A stretch of 63,253 nucleotides of DNA, counting the filler, from Lenisia limosa (lineage: Eukaryota; Protista; Breviatea): the NCBI GenBank assembly GCA_001655205.1. It is 16 parts of 16 records of this genome, joined end to end, with 100 filler letters (N's around TTAATTAATTAA, not from the genome) between each part and the next. Parts side by side here need not be neighbours in the genome. Positions count along the whole stretch, not along the records: positions 37,547 to 42,898 come from LPNZ01005378.1; positions 42,999 to 48,007 come from LPNZ01010747.1; positions 48,108 to 52,857 come from LPNZ01008446.1; 13 more parts are not named here. One strand, given 5' to 3'. Below are positions 38,455-51,300 of this stretch, one piece after another. Each line of letters starts with the position of its first letter. The stretch's first letter is position 1. A program made the translations under genes and the position numbers. Below the pieces are notes generated by a model. That model searched no databases. It had not been told where the DNA came from and saw only the letters and a program-made list of their open reading frames with translations.

Positions 38455-41400
38455 GATCTCACCCACCATCTCTGTCATGGTCATCATGGCGATGGTGCCT
38501 CTTGACCTCTGTGCTGCTGGTATAAGGCCATCGTCTGCAAAGGTCGTATTCACCTGGGGGATTAATGATTTAACTGTTAGATTAATGAAAATGCTCAACC
38601 AAGTGATATCCAGGATTGTGTAATTTAGAATTCAAACAATCCCAATGTTAACAGAACTCTATTTAAGTTCAAATTTGTCAATTATCTTATGCCACTTACT
38701 CTCAGGGTTAAGCACCCATTGAGTGTGTGCATTGGTGTGCAGCAGTGAGAACAAGTAAGGCTTCTTCAGCCCGTGGATTGCCACATTATCACAATGACAA
38801 GACTGAGAGGGGGGGTAAGCTTCTGAATTATAACCCATGTAAATTTTGGTTCCAAACAGAGTTTTACAATATTGGCCACCGTCCGTCATACCAAATGGAT
38901 ATTGAGGCGATCATCAGTGACAAGGGTGGGTGGCGACTTGATGCAAGCGGTTGCCATGCCTGGGTCAATATTAATGAAAACAAACCCTCAAAGGCACATA
39001 TCATATGATTTAAATGGAATATCATACCTAGTATATTGAGATGGCCACCTACCCATCCAAACATCTTCGAGTGGGAATGGGGGCCACGATGTCAGCGTTT
39101 CTAGAAATGACTCCAACTCCCTACAGTAGATGTAATTTTTGTCAAACCCAAAAAGTCAGTATTATATCGTTCGGGAATAAATATCTTGTAGATTTTGAAA
39201 GGACAAAAATGTGTTTGTCGTAAAAACATTCAGTAAACTTGGTATACAGAGTCAAAACTTGGCATACGTTTCAAACCGAGCTGGACGTCTCCTCCATTTT
39301 CTTTGGTTTCTCAGCGAATTGCGTGTCAGCTCCATGGCAATCTGAGAAGGGAGTAACACACACAAAACTCAAATATTATCGTTTCTCATTAAAAAGGAAA
39401 TAAGTGAAGAATCGTACCGGATAAATATCAGTTACCAAGTCCCGAGATAGGATGTACCCGGCTCCACTGAGCACTCCAGGTCCTGTGGTGTCACAAATTG
39501 TTTTTTGGACGAGTTAAGAATAAAGCTCCGATATCATTCTAAATACTACATAATAGTATATTCCCTCATCTCACCAGAATCTAGCGAATACGCTTCATAA
39601 GGGATGTAATACTTGTCCAAAGGCTCACGGTGTGGTTGGTAGTTAGAACTAAAAGAATTCAAAGTTATTGTGATAAGTATATGATAAACTGACGAACTTA
39701 TCCAAAATAACTGATTGAACTATTCTCCCACTCGATCATTGATCCATAAAACAATCGGGTTGAATTCATGCCCTCAAGGATTCCTTGTAGCTTTGGGATA
39801 TGCCACCATGCATCATCGTCCGTCTATGCAATGAGTATCCTATCATTAATTGTGTACCACCCAGGTTAGTAAGAATTTTTAAACCGTCAAGAGTATATTT
39901 CACAAATAATTAACATCAATGGTGTATCAAGTGAGCATATTTAGCAGTTTAGGTTGGCTAAATCATTGGGCTTTACTTCTGTTCAGACAAAGTATATTGC
40001 AATGCGAAAAAAAATAAAGATGTGTCTGGCCGAAGCCGTCCACACCATTACGCTTATAAGAGCTATTGGATTATAGTATAACATTAATCCACCCAATCAT
40101 TTGCCTTACAACTTGTGCACACAGCTTTCTGTCTGCCTCCCCCGCATACCTACAAGGGTTAGATTTATGAATAAGGACAATAGCCCCTGAATAATAACCC
40201 AGGTAGGCCCTCTTAAATCCGTCTTATGTCACAGATTCAGGAGGTGCCAGTGAGTTAGAATTGCAGACATCAAAGGTTTATAGAATAGTATTATCGTAAA
40301 TATTGATAACGTCCTCAAAGGAGAACAGATTATAAGGGGCTCAATGGTAGGACTAGGTCTCAGGTGGAGAGATCCCATAGTCTATGAGGCCGGTGAGTTT
40401 GCTTAGGAGAAGCGCCCTCAGGTTTGTTCGATGGGGTGTCATTAATGCAAGCTTGAATTTGAAGTTTAACAATATCGTTAATTTCTTGAAAATACGGACC
40501 AAAGTGAAACCCGAATTCAGCTTTCAGAATGCAAATGGGACAAGTGCCCCTCCCCCTTCACCTTCAGGAGATAGTTCCAGTTGTACTGTTGGGAGTAGGC
40601 CCATTTGATGATTTCAGCCGTCTTTTTCGTAAAACTCATGCATAGTTGGGGTTTCAAAAACGAAGTAAAAAGACCCATATCCAGAAACCTCGTTGACCAC
40701 ACTATAACTGTCAAACCACCTCACTTTGAGTGCAAGAAAATTCCAATTTTCGGGTTGGTTGATAGTAAGAATATCGCCGTGAATATCATTTTCAATTTGT
40801 AGTCGATTCCGTTGCTCAATGCAAGTATGTGATTCGGGATCTATGTAATGAGTTTCAATTTAATTGTAATAAAACCAATCATTATATGGAAATATGGACA
40901 CCTCACATTGTACACACTCTTTTGATAGGCCAATAACAAAGACGTGCGTGAAGCAACCCCTGGATACATGAGGTCTGCATTGGAAAACATACGTTAAAAA
41001 GTGAGATGAAAACATTGCATTCATTTGTTTACAGATTGTTACCGAGTTTGCATATGTCATGCCCATAGCATACTTGGTACCAGAAACAGACAGCCATGTA
41101 TCTCTGATCACTTGTCGCAGTATCAGGTTTTGGGGCATGGACAGGATCCCTTCAAATATTAAACGACCCTCGTGATCATTGAAGTTACATTGAGCAGACC
41201 TATGAGAAGGGAGCACTGTGGAGGGTGCTGTATTCGTGCTAAGTGGGCCATAGAGGGGCCTTCAATTGCAACGTCATGCATGTATTTGAGCAGTTCATTG
41301 GGATCATCGAAGACCCTTGGTCTGAGACGTATCATGTGTCGCTAAACAGTGAAATGGTGATAACTGAATTAACGGAATCACCAAACTGTCCTCTACGTAT

Positions 41401-42110
41401 ATGAACTGAAGTTACATAAACGGAAGCTTACAGAAGGCTTGACGTTTACGGGAATGGTGGGCCATGCGTTATCCTTGGTGTGTGCTGATGAACCTATCAC
41501 AGTCTGTGGCGTGATAATGATGAAGGTATATTTGACAAAAAAAGCCACATCACTGATATTTGGATATACAAAGGGGTGGATAAACAATAATTGAACCAAT
41601 CTCTCTTTCAAAGTGAATAGTTTTGATCTGCCCCACACCTGTATACGCGATGTAGGCTCACTTGAGTTGCTTCGTTGTATTCTTACCCACTTCGTGGGGA
41701 ATACATCTAAGAAATGGGAAGCATTTTTCATACAATTTGAATGTGACTTTGTCATTATCCAAAACAGTCAAACTAAAATACGCACTAGATGATATCCATT
41801 TCATATGTATAAACCCAGAATACCCTCAATATTTGCCTCGTCGAATTTCAAACGACATTCAGGCCGAGTCTCTATCATGCCGGTGTAGACCCATGTTTTA
41901 CCAGGAAGCAGATAGCCGCCTAAATGTACATGAGAAAAGGAACCGTCGCTTTGGGGCAATTTTATGCTTCTTCGTCAGCCAATTATTCACAAATATATCA
42001 TATATGATATGCTCTTCCAATTGAGTAGAACAGATCAGTTTTTTGAAACAGTAAACATAAATTGATTGCCTCCGGCTACCTTTGAGAACAAGAGACGCCT
42101 TTTCCTGGAA
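38455..42110 (-). CDS. Glycosyltransferase family 31 (beta-1,3-galactosyltransferase-like)
   Basis: GILSMPQNLILRQVIRDTW, HVFVIG, ENDIHGDIL...NFLALK, YLLK|TDDD, PHREPLDKYYIPYEAY, LSGAGYILSRDL, PLEDVWMG and AIHG are the GT31 motifs in order. Both ends uncertain. Confidence 0.85.
40000..40151 (-). repeat. Family A repeat, full length, in a GT31 intron
   Basis: Aligns to the other copies; begins AG|GTATGC on the minus strand. Partial copies at ~30815(-), 32422(+), 34845(+), 44890(+), 46130(+), 48225(-), 50160(-), 50440(-), 51655(-), 54862(+), 57208(+). Confidence 0.9.
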
Positions 42111-43090
42111 GATGATGACGTTGGTTGTTAGTAAAAAGATCAAAAGCACGAGAAAGTAGGGGCAAAGCTGTTGTATAGTGCTACAGTGTGAGTTTAAATG
42201 AAATACTTTCAGAGTTGTTGTCATTTGTCATTTTGAAAATATAACGGATTAAGGCTTACTAGTCAGATATCATAATTGCTAGATTTCATGAACCTCTTTT
42301 CTTTTGAAATAACTCACTGATGGGTAAAAAGAAGAAGAAAAGGTATGCTTGCTGTCCAGTTATACAGATTTAATAAAGTGATGGAACTTGCCTTATTGGG
42401 AAGAAGAATAAATTGTGATCTTTGATCCTTTGATTTTGGCCTATGATCCTTCTGAACTCTAAGCCGTTTACGACTCTCTTTTGCTTCAGAGGGATGTACC
42501 ATGCTTGTAGAATTGTGAATTTTTCTCTTTAGTTTGCATTAGATGTTGACAGTGTTGGGTCTCTTTATTTAATCTTGCTTGAGGGCAATTGTGCAATAGT
42601 CATTGTTGTTAGAAAGAGTTCTCCCACTCCTGGTTCACCAGTTATTTGCCCAACCAATGTTGGTGATAAAACCTTAAAACTAATTCAACCAGAGATTTCG
42701 TCAGTAGAGTAAGAAGTACGTTGTTATAGAGAAAAGCCGTAACTAGAACATTCGCTTATTGACGTAGAGGTGAAAATACATACACATTGAAGATACAAAA
42801 TTACATTAACAGCGCTTGTGCCCAATCTACTAGTGTACATGAATACATAGAAACCATAAGATCAGCCCAAACAGGCTAGTGCAGATGCGAGTAATCAGNN
42901 NNNNNNNNNNNNNNNNNNNNNNNNNNNNNNNNNNNNNNNNNNTTAATTAATTAANNNNNNNNNNNNNNNNNNNNNNNNNNNNNNNNNNNNNNNNNNNNTT
43001 ATAGACCTGTGGGAGGGTATGACGGTTATAGACCTGTGGGAGGGTATGAAGATATACAGAATGTCGGAATTTAGTACTCTGACGAACCAG

Positions 43091-46000
43091 GCTGCCAAGA
43101 GAGGAGCGGTTCTCTTCTTTGTGCTCTCTGAGCTTTGTGGTGTCAATCCCATGTATGTATACTCTCTGCACAGCTACTTGGACATCTTCCGCCTCTCTCT
43201 CAAGAGGTCTCTGCACGACCCGATGCTCATGACCAGGTTTGAGAGACCCGATGCTCATTGGGCTTTGTATCAACTAACCACCTTGATCTGAACATCCCCC
43301 TATGCTTAAGAGCGCTTCCCTACGTTCCGGAAAAGACCGTTACAATATCGATATTTATCGGTATTTATCGAGGATTATTGAAATTCAGTCTTTTTTTCGA
43401 ACCGAAGTGAAGCCCTAATTTTACCCCCCCCCCCCCCNNNNNNNNNNNNNNNNNNNNNNNNNNNNNNNNNNNNNNNNNNNNNNNNNNNNNNNNNNNNNNN
43501 NNNNNNNNNNNNNNNNNNNNNNNNNNNNNNNNNNNNNNNNNNNNNNNNNNNNNNNNNNNNNNNNNNNNNNNNNNNNNNNNNNNTAAAAGATGATGGTTGG
43601 AGCTTTCGAAGGTATCCCCTGCTCTGACGCCCAGGTCAACGACGAGAAACTCTGCACATCCGAACTGTCGTTCTTCTTAAGAGGAAACACGGCTCTCACG
43701 CGGTCGACTCGTGGCAACCCCTTCCTGTGGCTGTCTACCCAGGTGCGTGGTCTTGTAAAGAATTTAGTCCTAGTATCCATTCAACATGTAAAGGTAGTCC
43801 TAGAATCTAGAGCTTCACTTCGGTTCGAAAAAAGAATTGCTCATTAAATCCTCAATGATTATCGATATTTTGCCGTTCTTTTTCGAACCGAAGCGAAGCC
43901 CTAATAGTATCCATCCATTCGACACAGTTTGGACCAAATTGACCTTGGCCAGGGTTGGGAGGACCTCATCCAGCTCACCACCGTGTCGCCTTCGTTCGAG
44001 ACCATCATTGAGGACATGGAGGCGGCCCCCCGCGAGTGGCAGGAGTGGGCTGCTGGAGACACACCCGAAACCGTGGACATGCCGCAGGTGGGCTTGGGGT
44101 TGTTCATCGAGAAATTTGGTCTTTTTATGGAACTGTTAAAGTAAGAATCACTGGTGATGCGGACTAACATTTTCAGGACTACTCGAAGAAGCTGAGTTCC
44201 ATCCAATGTCTTTGCCTCACTCGCTGCATCAGAAGAGACAGGGTCTACTACGCTGGTGCGTCTTTTGGCTTATCGTCTTATTATCTCTCAATTAGCCTAT
44301 TCTCTTCCCATTATCTTCTGTTGGAGCCTATTTTCTTCTCATTATCTTCTGTTGGAGCCTATTCTCTTCCTATTATCTTCGTTGAGACTATTCTCACGTG
44401 TGTTGTCAGCCAACAGNNNNNNNNNNNNNNNNNNNNNNNNNNNNNNNNNNNNNNNNNNNNNNNNNNNNNNNNNNNNNNNNNNNNNNNNNNNNNNNNNNNN
44501 NNNNNNNNNNNNNNNNNAACTTCGTTATTGAGAATCTGAGTGAGCAATACGTCCGGCCACCGATCCTTAACTATGACCTGCTCTTCGAACAGTCCGCGCC
44601 TGAGACCCCCGTTGTGTTCATTCTCAGCCCGGGTGCTGGTGGGGGGGTGTGGTAGATAAGCATGTCATGGCAATATTGATGGCTTGTTGTTCAATATATG
44701 TATATATGTAGCTACATGTACATATATATTATATGCAGTACCTTTTGCTCATCACTGAGCGTCACCCCAGGTCTCATTATAACTTCGTAGACCCCGCTGG
44801 CGATATCGTGGCAATGGGCGAGCAGATGGGCTTCACTGGTAACCGTTTGAAGGTACCTGGGTTTATTATTCAGTCTGTCTATATTTAAGTATGATGGCTT
44901 CGGCCAGATACAACGTTTTTAATTTCTCATTTCTATCTACTAGATAGTTTTAAAAATACCCCTTAGCCCTTATAGATGTTATTCTCTCTTTCTCTTCTCT
45001 GACATATTTTGGTGTTTTTTACCGAGGATATTTGACTTGACCCAGGGGATATTGGGTGATGGATGCCCAAAGGCATTTTCTGACCCTCCTTTGCCCATAG
45101 GCAGTTCCTGACCCTCCTTTGTCCAAAGGCAGTTTCTGACCTTTTAGACAATTGCACTTGGCCAAGGCCAGGGACCACTTGCTCTGCAGCTGGTAGAGAC
45201 AGGCCGCACCCGAGGCCAGTGGGTGGTGGTGCAGAACTGTCATCTCATGCCGGCATGGGTCAAGCTGCTCGAAAAGAAACTCAGCAAGGTTGGCGCAATA
45301 CCCCAGGAAAAGGACAGCCTTACCCTTATTGCTTGTTTTTTTTTTTGTTTTTTTTTNNNNNNNNNNNNNNNNNNNNNNNNNNNNNNNNNNNNNNNNNNNN
45401 NNNNNNNNNNNNNNNNNNNNNNNNNNNNNNNNNNNNNNNNNNNNNNNNNNNNNNNNNNNNNNNNNNNNNNNNNNNNNNNNNNNNNNNNNNNNNNNNNNNN
45501 NNNNNNNNNNNNNNNNNNNNNNNNNNNNNNNNNNNNNNNNNNNNNNNNNNNNNNNNNNNNNNNNNNNNNNNNNNNNNNNNNNNNNNNNNNNNNNNNNNNN
45601 NNNNNNNNNNNNNNNNNNNNNNNNNNNNNNNNNNNNNNNNNNNNNNNNNNNNNNNNNNNNNNNNNNNNNNNNNNNNNNNNNNNNNNNNNNNNNNNATTTT
45701 TCCATTTTACATCCCCCATTGACCTGGTTATTAACCGCCATTGCAGCGGTCCTTGAAGGTTGTGACCGAACCACCCAATGGGCTGAAGCTGAACCTGCAA
45801 GCGTCATTCAGCAGACTCAACCAGAGCATCTTCGACCGATGCCCACATCCACTCCTTCCGAGCCTCGTGGGGGGGGGGGNNNNNNNNNNNNNNNNNNNNN
45901 NNNNNNNNNNNNNNNNNNNNNNNNNNNNNNNNNNNNNNNNNNNNNNNNNNNNNNNNNNNNNNNNNNNNNNNNNNNNNNNNNNNNNNNNNNNNNNNNNNNN

Positions 46001-48007
46001 NNNNNNNNNNNNNNNNNNNNNNNNNNNNNNNNNNNNNNNNNNNNNNNNNNNNNNNNNNNAAGTTTGGCAAGGTAAGCAACCTGCTTTTCTCATTTTGGAC
46101 GGTAAACACGTTGGATTTGTTATTGACGTTTGGTGTGGACGGTTTCGGCCAGATACAACCTTATTTTTTATTTCCCATTGCTTTAATCATTCAAAATTCC
46201 CGGACACATCAAAACTCCCGGACAGCTTGAAGTTGACACCTTGTATAGGCCATTGCTAGTGTTTTTTGAAAAATGCTTCGAGGAATTTTAAATGATGTCC
46301 GGAGCTTTGACTATACATATACATATATATATATACTGACGTTTGTTGTGTGCTTTGAGTTTTAATTATTTCGACAATCATTTTAAAATAATACCATGAA
46401 TGCTCTTTACCCCCCCCCCCAGNNNNNNNNNNNNNNNNNNNNNNNNNNNNNNNNNNNNNNNNNNNNNNNNNNNNNNNNNNNNNNNNNNNNNNNNCTGTCT
46501 CCCTCGCGATTCTGGACCAATACCTCACGCAGTCCCACAACCACAGTAGGCTATTGCTGATCTTTGTGATCTGGCTTTGAGGTTTCAAATTGTTTGGTTG
46601 CCTTCCCACCTACAATACCCTACAGTACCGTATTTTCTCCACCATATCCACGCAAGCTATCTTCACCCCCCCCCCCCNNNNNNNNNNNNNNNNNNNNNNN
46701 NNNNNNNNNNNNNNNNNNNNNNNNNNNNNNNNNNNNNNNNNNNNNNNNNNNNNNNNNNNNNNNNNNNNNNNNNNNNNAGTCATGTACGGCGGACGTGTTA
46801 CAGATCACTGGGATCGCAGAGTCCTCAATACGTACCTCAACGAGTACCTTGGAGACTTCCTCTTCGACTCATTCCAACCCTTCCACTTCTTCACCAACAA
46901 AACTGTGCGTTTGGGATAATGCGCGACATTGCCACTCCGATTCACTAGGCCATTCATTAGGGATTCAGTGTAACGCTTACGCTCCAGATTGACTATGTCA
47001 TTCCCAAGGCCAAGACTCACGAAGAGTTCTCGGCAGCAATTGAAGAGCTTCCTCTTGTGAGCGGTTGTGGCTAGTTTACTGCTGATGTGACCCCCTATCT
47101 TGGCTCAACATTATTCCTCTCTTACTTTTGCCTATCCACTTCTGACCCCCTCAGCTGAACTCACCCGAGGTTGTCGGACTACATAGCAACGCAGAAGTTC
47201 GTTACCTTGAGTCTTCCGTCCGCATGATGTGGGCCGACCTCATCAGCCTCCAACCCCGCATCCATGGTGGCAATGAGAGCAAAACTCGCGACTCTGTCAT
47301 CAACCAAGCCGCCGTGGACATTTTGGCCAAGGTAGGCTTGATCGATTGATCGTGGGAATGATAGACAAGCAATTGTGAAGTTTAAGCTGTTGTACGGATT
47401 AACCCCCAGGTTCCGCTTCCTTTCGACCTGCAGAGAGTTGCCAAGAGTGTCGGCACACCCTCTCCCACCCAGGTTAGACTATTTCTGTCACCCACTTGTA
47501 GTCCTGTCATTCCCAAATACTGGAAAAATCTTCCTCCATCATCCCCCCCCCCCCCCNNNNNNNNNNNNNNNNNNNNNNNNNNNNNNNNNNNNNNNNNNNN
47601 NNNNNNNNNNNNNNNNNNNNNNNNNNNNNNNNNNNNNNNNNNNGAGATGGCGTCTTCACTTCGACTCCTCCAGAAGGCTCTTGCTGGTGAGGGGTATTTT
47701 TGGAGCAAAACAAATTCGATATAAAACGTAATAATCACAAGGGAACCAAAAAACAACCCTTTCGATCCTTGACAGACATTATAGGTGAAGCGTCTATGTC
47801 CCAAGATCTCGACCGGATGGCCGAAGCTTTGTACAACGGTACCATTCCACCTTCATGGCTCCCTCTTTGTCCCCCTACTGAGAAGTCCCTGGTAGGCACT
47901 GGAGTGGCACGTGACTCTTTCTTCTCAGATCACATGGGATCAATTTGTTGTGGATATTTTGTTTATCACCGCCATGCAATTGGACGACTAACGATTCAGG
48001 CTGATTG
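43091..48007 (+). CDS. DNAH10: Axonemal dynein heavy chain, inner arm f/I1 alpha type (AAA6 to C-terminal fragment)
   Basis: AAKRGAVLFFVLSEL, LWLSTQ, FILSPG, LGQGQGPLALQLVE..RGQWVVVQNCHL, SLKVVTEPPNGLKLN, VMYGGRVTDHWDRRVLNTYLNEYLGDFLFDSFQPFHFF; the last is typical of DNAH10 orthologues. Confidence 0.9.
43310..43417. mobile_element. Family B MITE
   Basis: Left end GCTTCCCTACG, right end CGAACCGAAGTGAAGCCCTA; dynein intron. Confidence 0.8.
43808..43903. mobile_element. Family B MITE
   Basis: Clear TIRs; flanks CTAGAATC / ATAGTATC (6/8); dynein intron. Confidence 0.85.
44275..44395. repeat. Intronic minisatellite, ~32-nt unit x3-4
   Basis: ATTATCTTCTGTTGGAGCCTATT.TCTTC tandem copies in a dynein intron. 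Confidence 0.85.
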
Positions 48008-48309
48008 NNNNNNNNNNNNNNNNNNNNNNNNNNNNNNNNNNNNNNNNNNNNTTAATTAATTAANNNNNNNNNNNNNNNNNNNNNNNNNNNNNNNNNNNNN
48101 NNNNNNNCATAATAACTACAGTAATCACAACAATAGAGCACCCTCCCCCTATGAAAGATTGTAAGATCTATTAAATGAGGACATTAGTGAAACAAATATA
48201 ATATCAATACCATCATATATAGAAATGAAATAAAAAATAGGGTTGTGTCTGGCCCAAGCCGTCCACACCATCTATCACGCAATAATCACAACAACAAGGT
48301 ATCCCCTAC

Positions 48310-51300
48310 GTTTGACTCGTAGCACCATGAGCATTGGGATTTAGTGAAGCATGAGGCACAGGTCATCTCTGACTCGCAATGTGTTAACGTCTGGGGGTGA
48401 TTATATTCAAACGTTCGGGCCCCATGGCTTTTTTGGTTCATAAAATGTGGCATATAGTACAAACCATGTAGTAGTTAAACGCGCCATTTTCTCCTGTTTT
48501 TGAAGGGCCTGTATTTGCAATAGCGCTGATCATTCCGGATACCTGAGGAGGGGGGGGGGGGGNNNNNNNNNNNNNNNNNNNNNNNNNNNNNNNNNNNNNN
48601 NNNNNNNNNNNNNNNNNNNNNNNNNCCAGCAATCTATGAAACAATAATAAAGAAATGAAAGTCCATGTAAGAAACTATATCACCCCCAAAATATACACAT
48701 ACTTCAAATAAACCAAGCCCACCATCGACCACTCCATTGATGACATGCCCCAAGTAGCGATGATGCCTCCACCCCCGCCGCCGCCTAAGAGGGGGGTGAT
48801 TGGAAAAGATATGATTTTTTTTGGAAAAAATTAGGGAACATAATAAAATAGGCCTAAATCAACTGACATTTTCAGCAGAAGTGCAAGTATAATGGCGAAA
48901 AATTATAAGAGTTATGAACAAAGCAAAACTATGCACAATTGAAATAATAAATTACAAACCCAGTTACAAACAAACCTGTAACACCGTCCATATAAGGTGC
49001 CCCTCCAAGGGCTTTGATATCGCCAGTGGTCACTGAATAGGATTCCGACTGGAGAGTGAAGAGGTGATTCTTGTGAAATGTCGAAATGTCGACATGGGAG
49101 TGCCCAGCCAAAGCCGTACATACCATCACAAAATGAATATTCCTTAATATTCGGTTGGATAGTCTTGCCAAACAAAATTGACTAAAAATGCAATCTGTGC
49201 CCCTCCTTCATTTTAACTCCCCCCACCTCAATTTTAATGCTACCTCCGGCTCCGGATCCGCCGACTGTTCCCGTCGTGGCCGACATAGAACCGACTTCTC
49301 CTGCGGGGGTTATATNNNNNNNNNNNNNNNNNNNNNNNNNNNNNNNNNNNNNNNNNNNNNNNNNNNNNNNNNNNNNNNNNNNNNNNNNNNNNNNNNNNNN
49401 NNNNNNNNNNNNNNNNNNNNNNNNNNNNNNNNNNNNNNAAATCCCCAACTCTGTGAGATGAAATAGCCCGGGGGATACAAACCCTTTGCAACAAAATCAT
49501 TCAGAATGCATGACCGTTGCATCCAGCAAACCATCAGCACGAACGGGTCCATAGAGTTCAAGAGAATAGGTGTATATCTCAATGATACCTCCTCCACAGC
49601 CTCCTGCAGCTACAAATGTTAAAAAATGGAACATTAATACGAAAATGAAAGATAAGGCCAAGAATTCTCCAAATTCGTCTCTGTGTACCCCAAGTAACAG
49701 TATTATACCTTAGGCTTCATTAAAGACAGGATTTCTCAACAATCCTCGATAAATATCGATAAATATCGATAACTTCTTCCTCTATTTCGAACCGGAGGGA
49801 AGTCCCTCTATTTCGAACCGGAGGGAAGTCCCCACAATAAATAGCACTGAATCGACCTGAAAAAATTGGAAAAAGAATTACCCTCCCCCCCTCAACAATG
49901 TACACCCTCCTCCTACCTAAACCTACACTGGTTCCGGAGCCACCCGCACTCATTGGCCAGGCCGGGTCATCGAAAGCCCCGCGGTGAGACGAGAACTGGT
50001 GTGTGAGTGTAAATCATGTAAGATAGCTTGGGCTAAACAGTTAATGTCTATAAAAATGAAGAAAAATGTGAATTGTATTTTAGGAGAATTGTAATATCAA
50101 AATAAAGGGCATAGTGTGAGAAATATAATATCAATGAAGTAAGCTGGGAGACTGGAGTAAACTATTAATTCACTCAATCATTTGATAACACTGTTTAAAC
50201 AGCTTACTACATGCCCCTAGCATACAAAGGGAGAGTTAGCAAGAGTGTTATTGCCTCCGTGGCCTCCATGGGCACCACCCATTCCTCCAAGAGCACCGTC
50301 AATAGGCACACCGTCTCCTTCGTTGGGCTGGGGGAAGGGGAAGGGAGATGTTAGAGGTCTAATGGTAAATAAAGTTTTCTGTGGTATCGAAACGTACTCG
50401 CATCAGCAATATCATATGATAGGTAGTCCTATTGAGATAAGAAATCAAACAAGGCTGTCTCTGGCCGAAGCCGTCCCCACCATCACGCTTATCATAGAGA
50501 TTTAAAAGCACCCCCCCCCCCNNNNNNNNNNNNNNNNNNNNNNNNNNNNNNNNNNNNNNNNNNNNNNNNNNNNNNNNNNNNNNNNNNNNNNNNNNNNCGT
50601 TTTTGCTGTCACGTTACAAAATCCCATTTTCAAACTCCTTTTATATATTGTTAAGACCAACCTCGGGCAGTCCGGGGATCAAGGTAACGTAGAAGTTGCC
50701 TCCTCCACCTGAAGCCTGAAGGTAGTTAAATAAATGCAGCTTCATGCATGATGAAACGAAACAATTGTCTTTAAATTTGGTACTGTGAAGAAAGGAGAAC
50801 AACTAATGATGAAATCACAGATTTTGGGTATTAATATAGGAGAATATAAATTATAGATTTTGTCAATAATTATATACTTTCATATTAAATGATAAATATC
50901 GATTAAATTACAGATGTTGATCCTAGAACATATTTCCAACATAACCCCACCTTCAACCCTCCTGATGGACCAACATACCCCCACCTTCAACCCTCCTGAT
51001 GGACCAACATAACCCCACCTTCAACCCTCCTGATGGACCAACATAACCCCACCTTCAACCCTCCTGATGGATCAACATAGAACGTCTGGCTGTTGATCAC
51101 AATGTGTCGGGCCAAAATTTCAGCGTAGATTTTAACTTCTCCAGTCTACNNNNNNNNNNNNNNNNNNNNNNNNNNNNNNNNNNNNNNNNNNNNNNNNNNN
51201 NNNNNNNNNNNNNNNNNNNNNNNNNNNNNNNNNNNNNNNNNNNNNNNNNNNNNNNNNNNNNNNNNNNNNNNNNNNNNNNNNNNNNNNNNNNNNNNNNNNN

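Noticed and set aside
50937-51080. 34-nt repeats or families A/B as a CRISPR array
   Set aside because: Tandem units have no spacers, dispersed copies are kilobases apart in introns, and there are no cas genes in a eukaryotic context.
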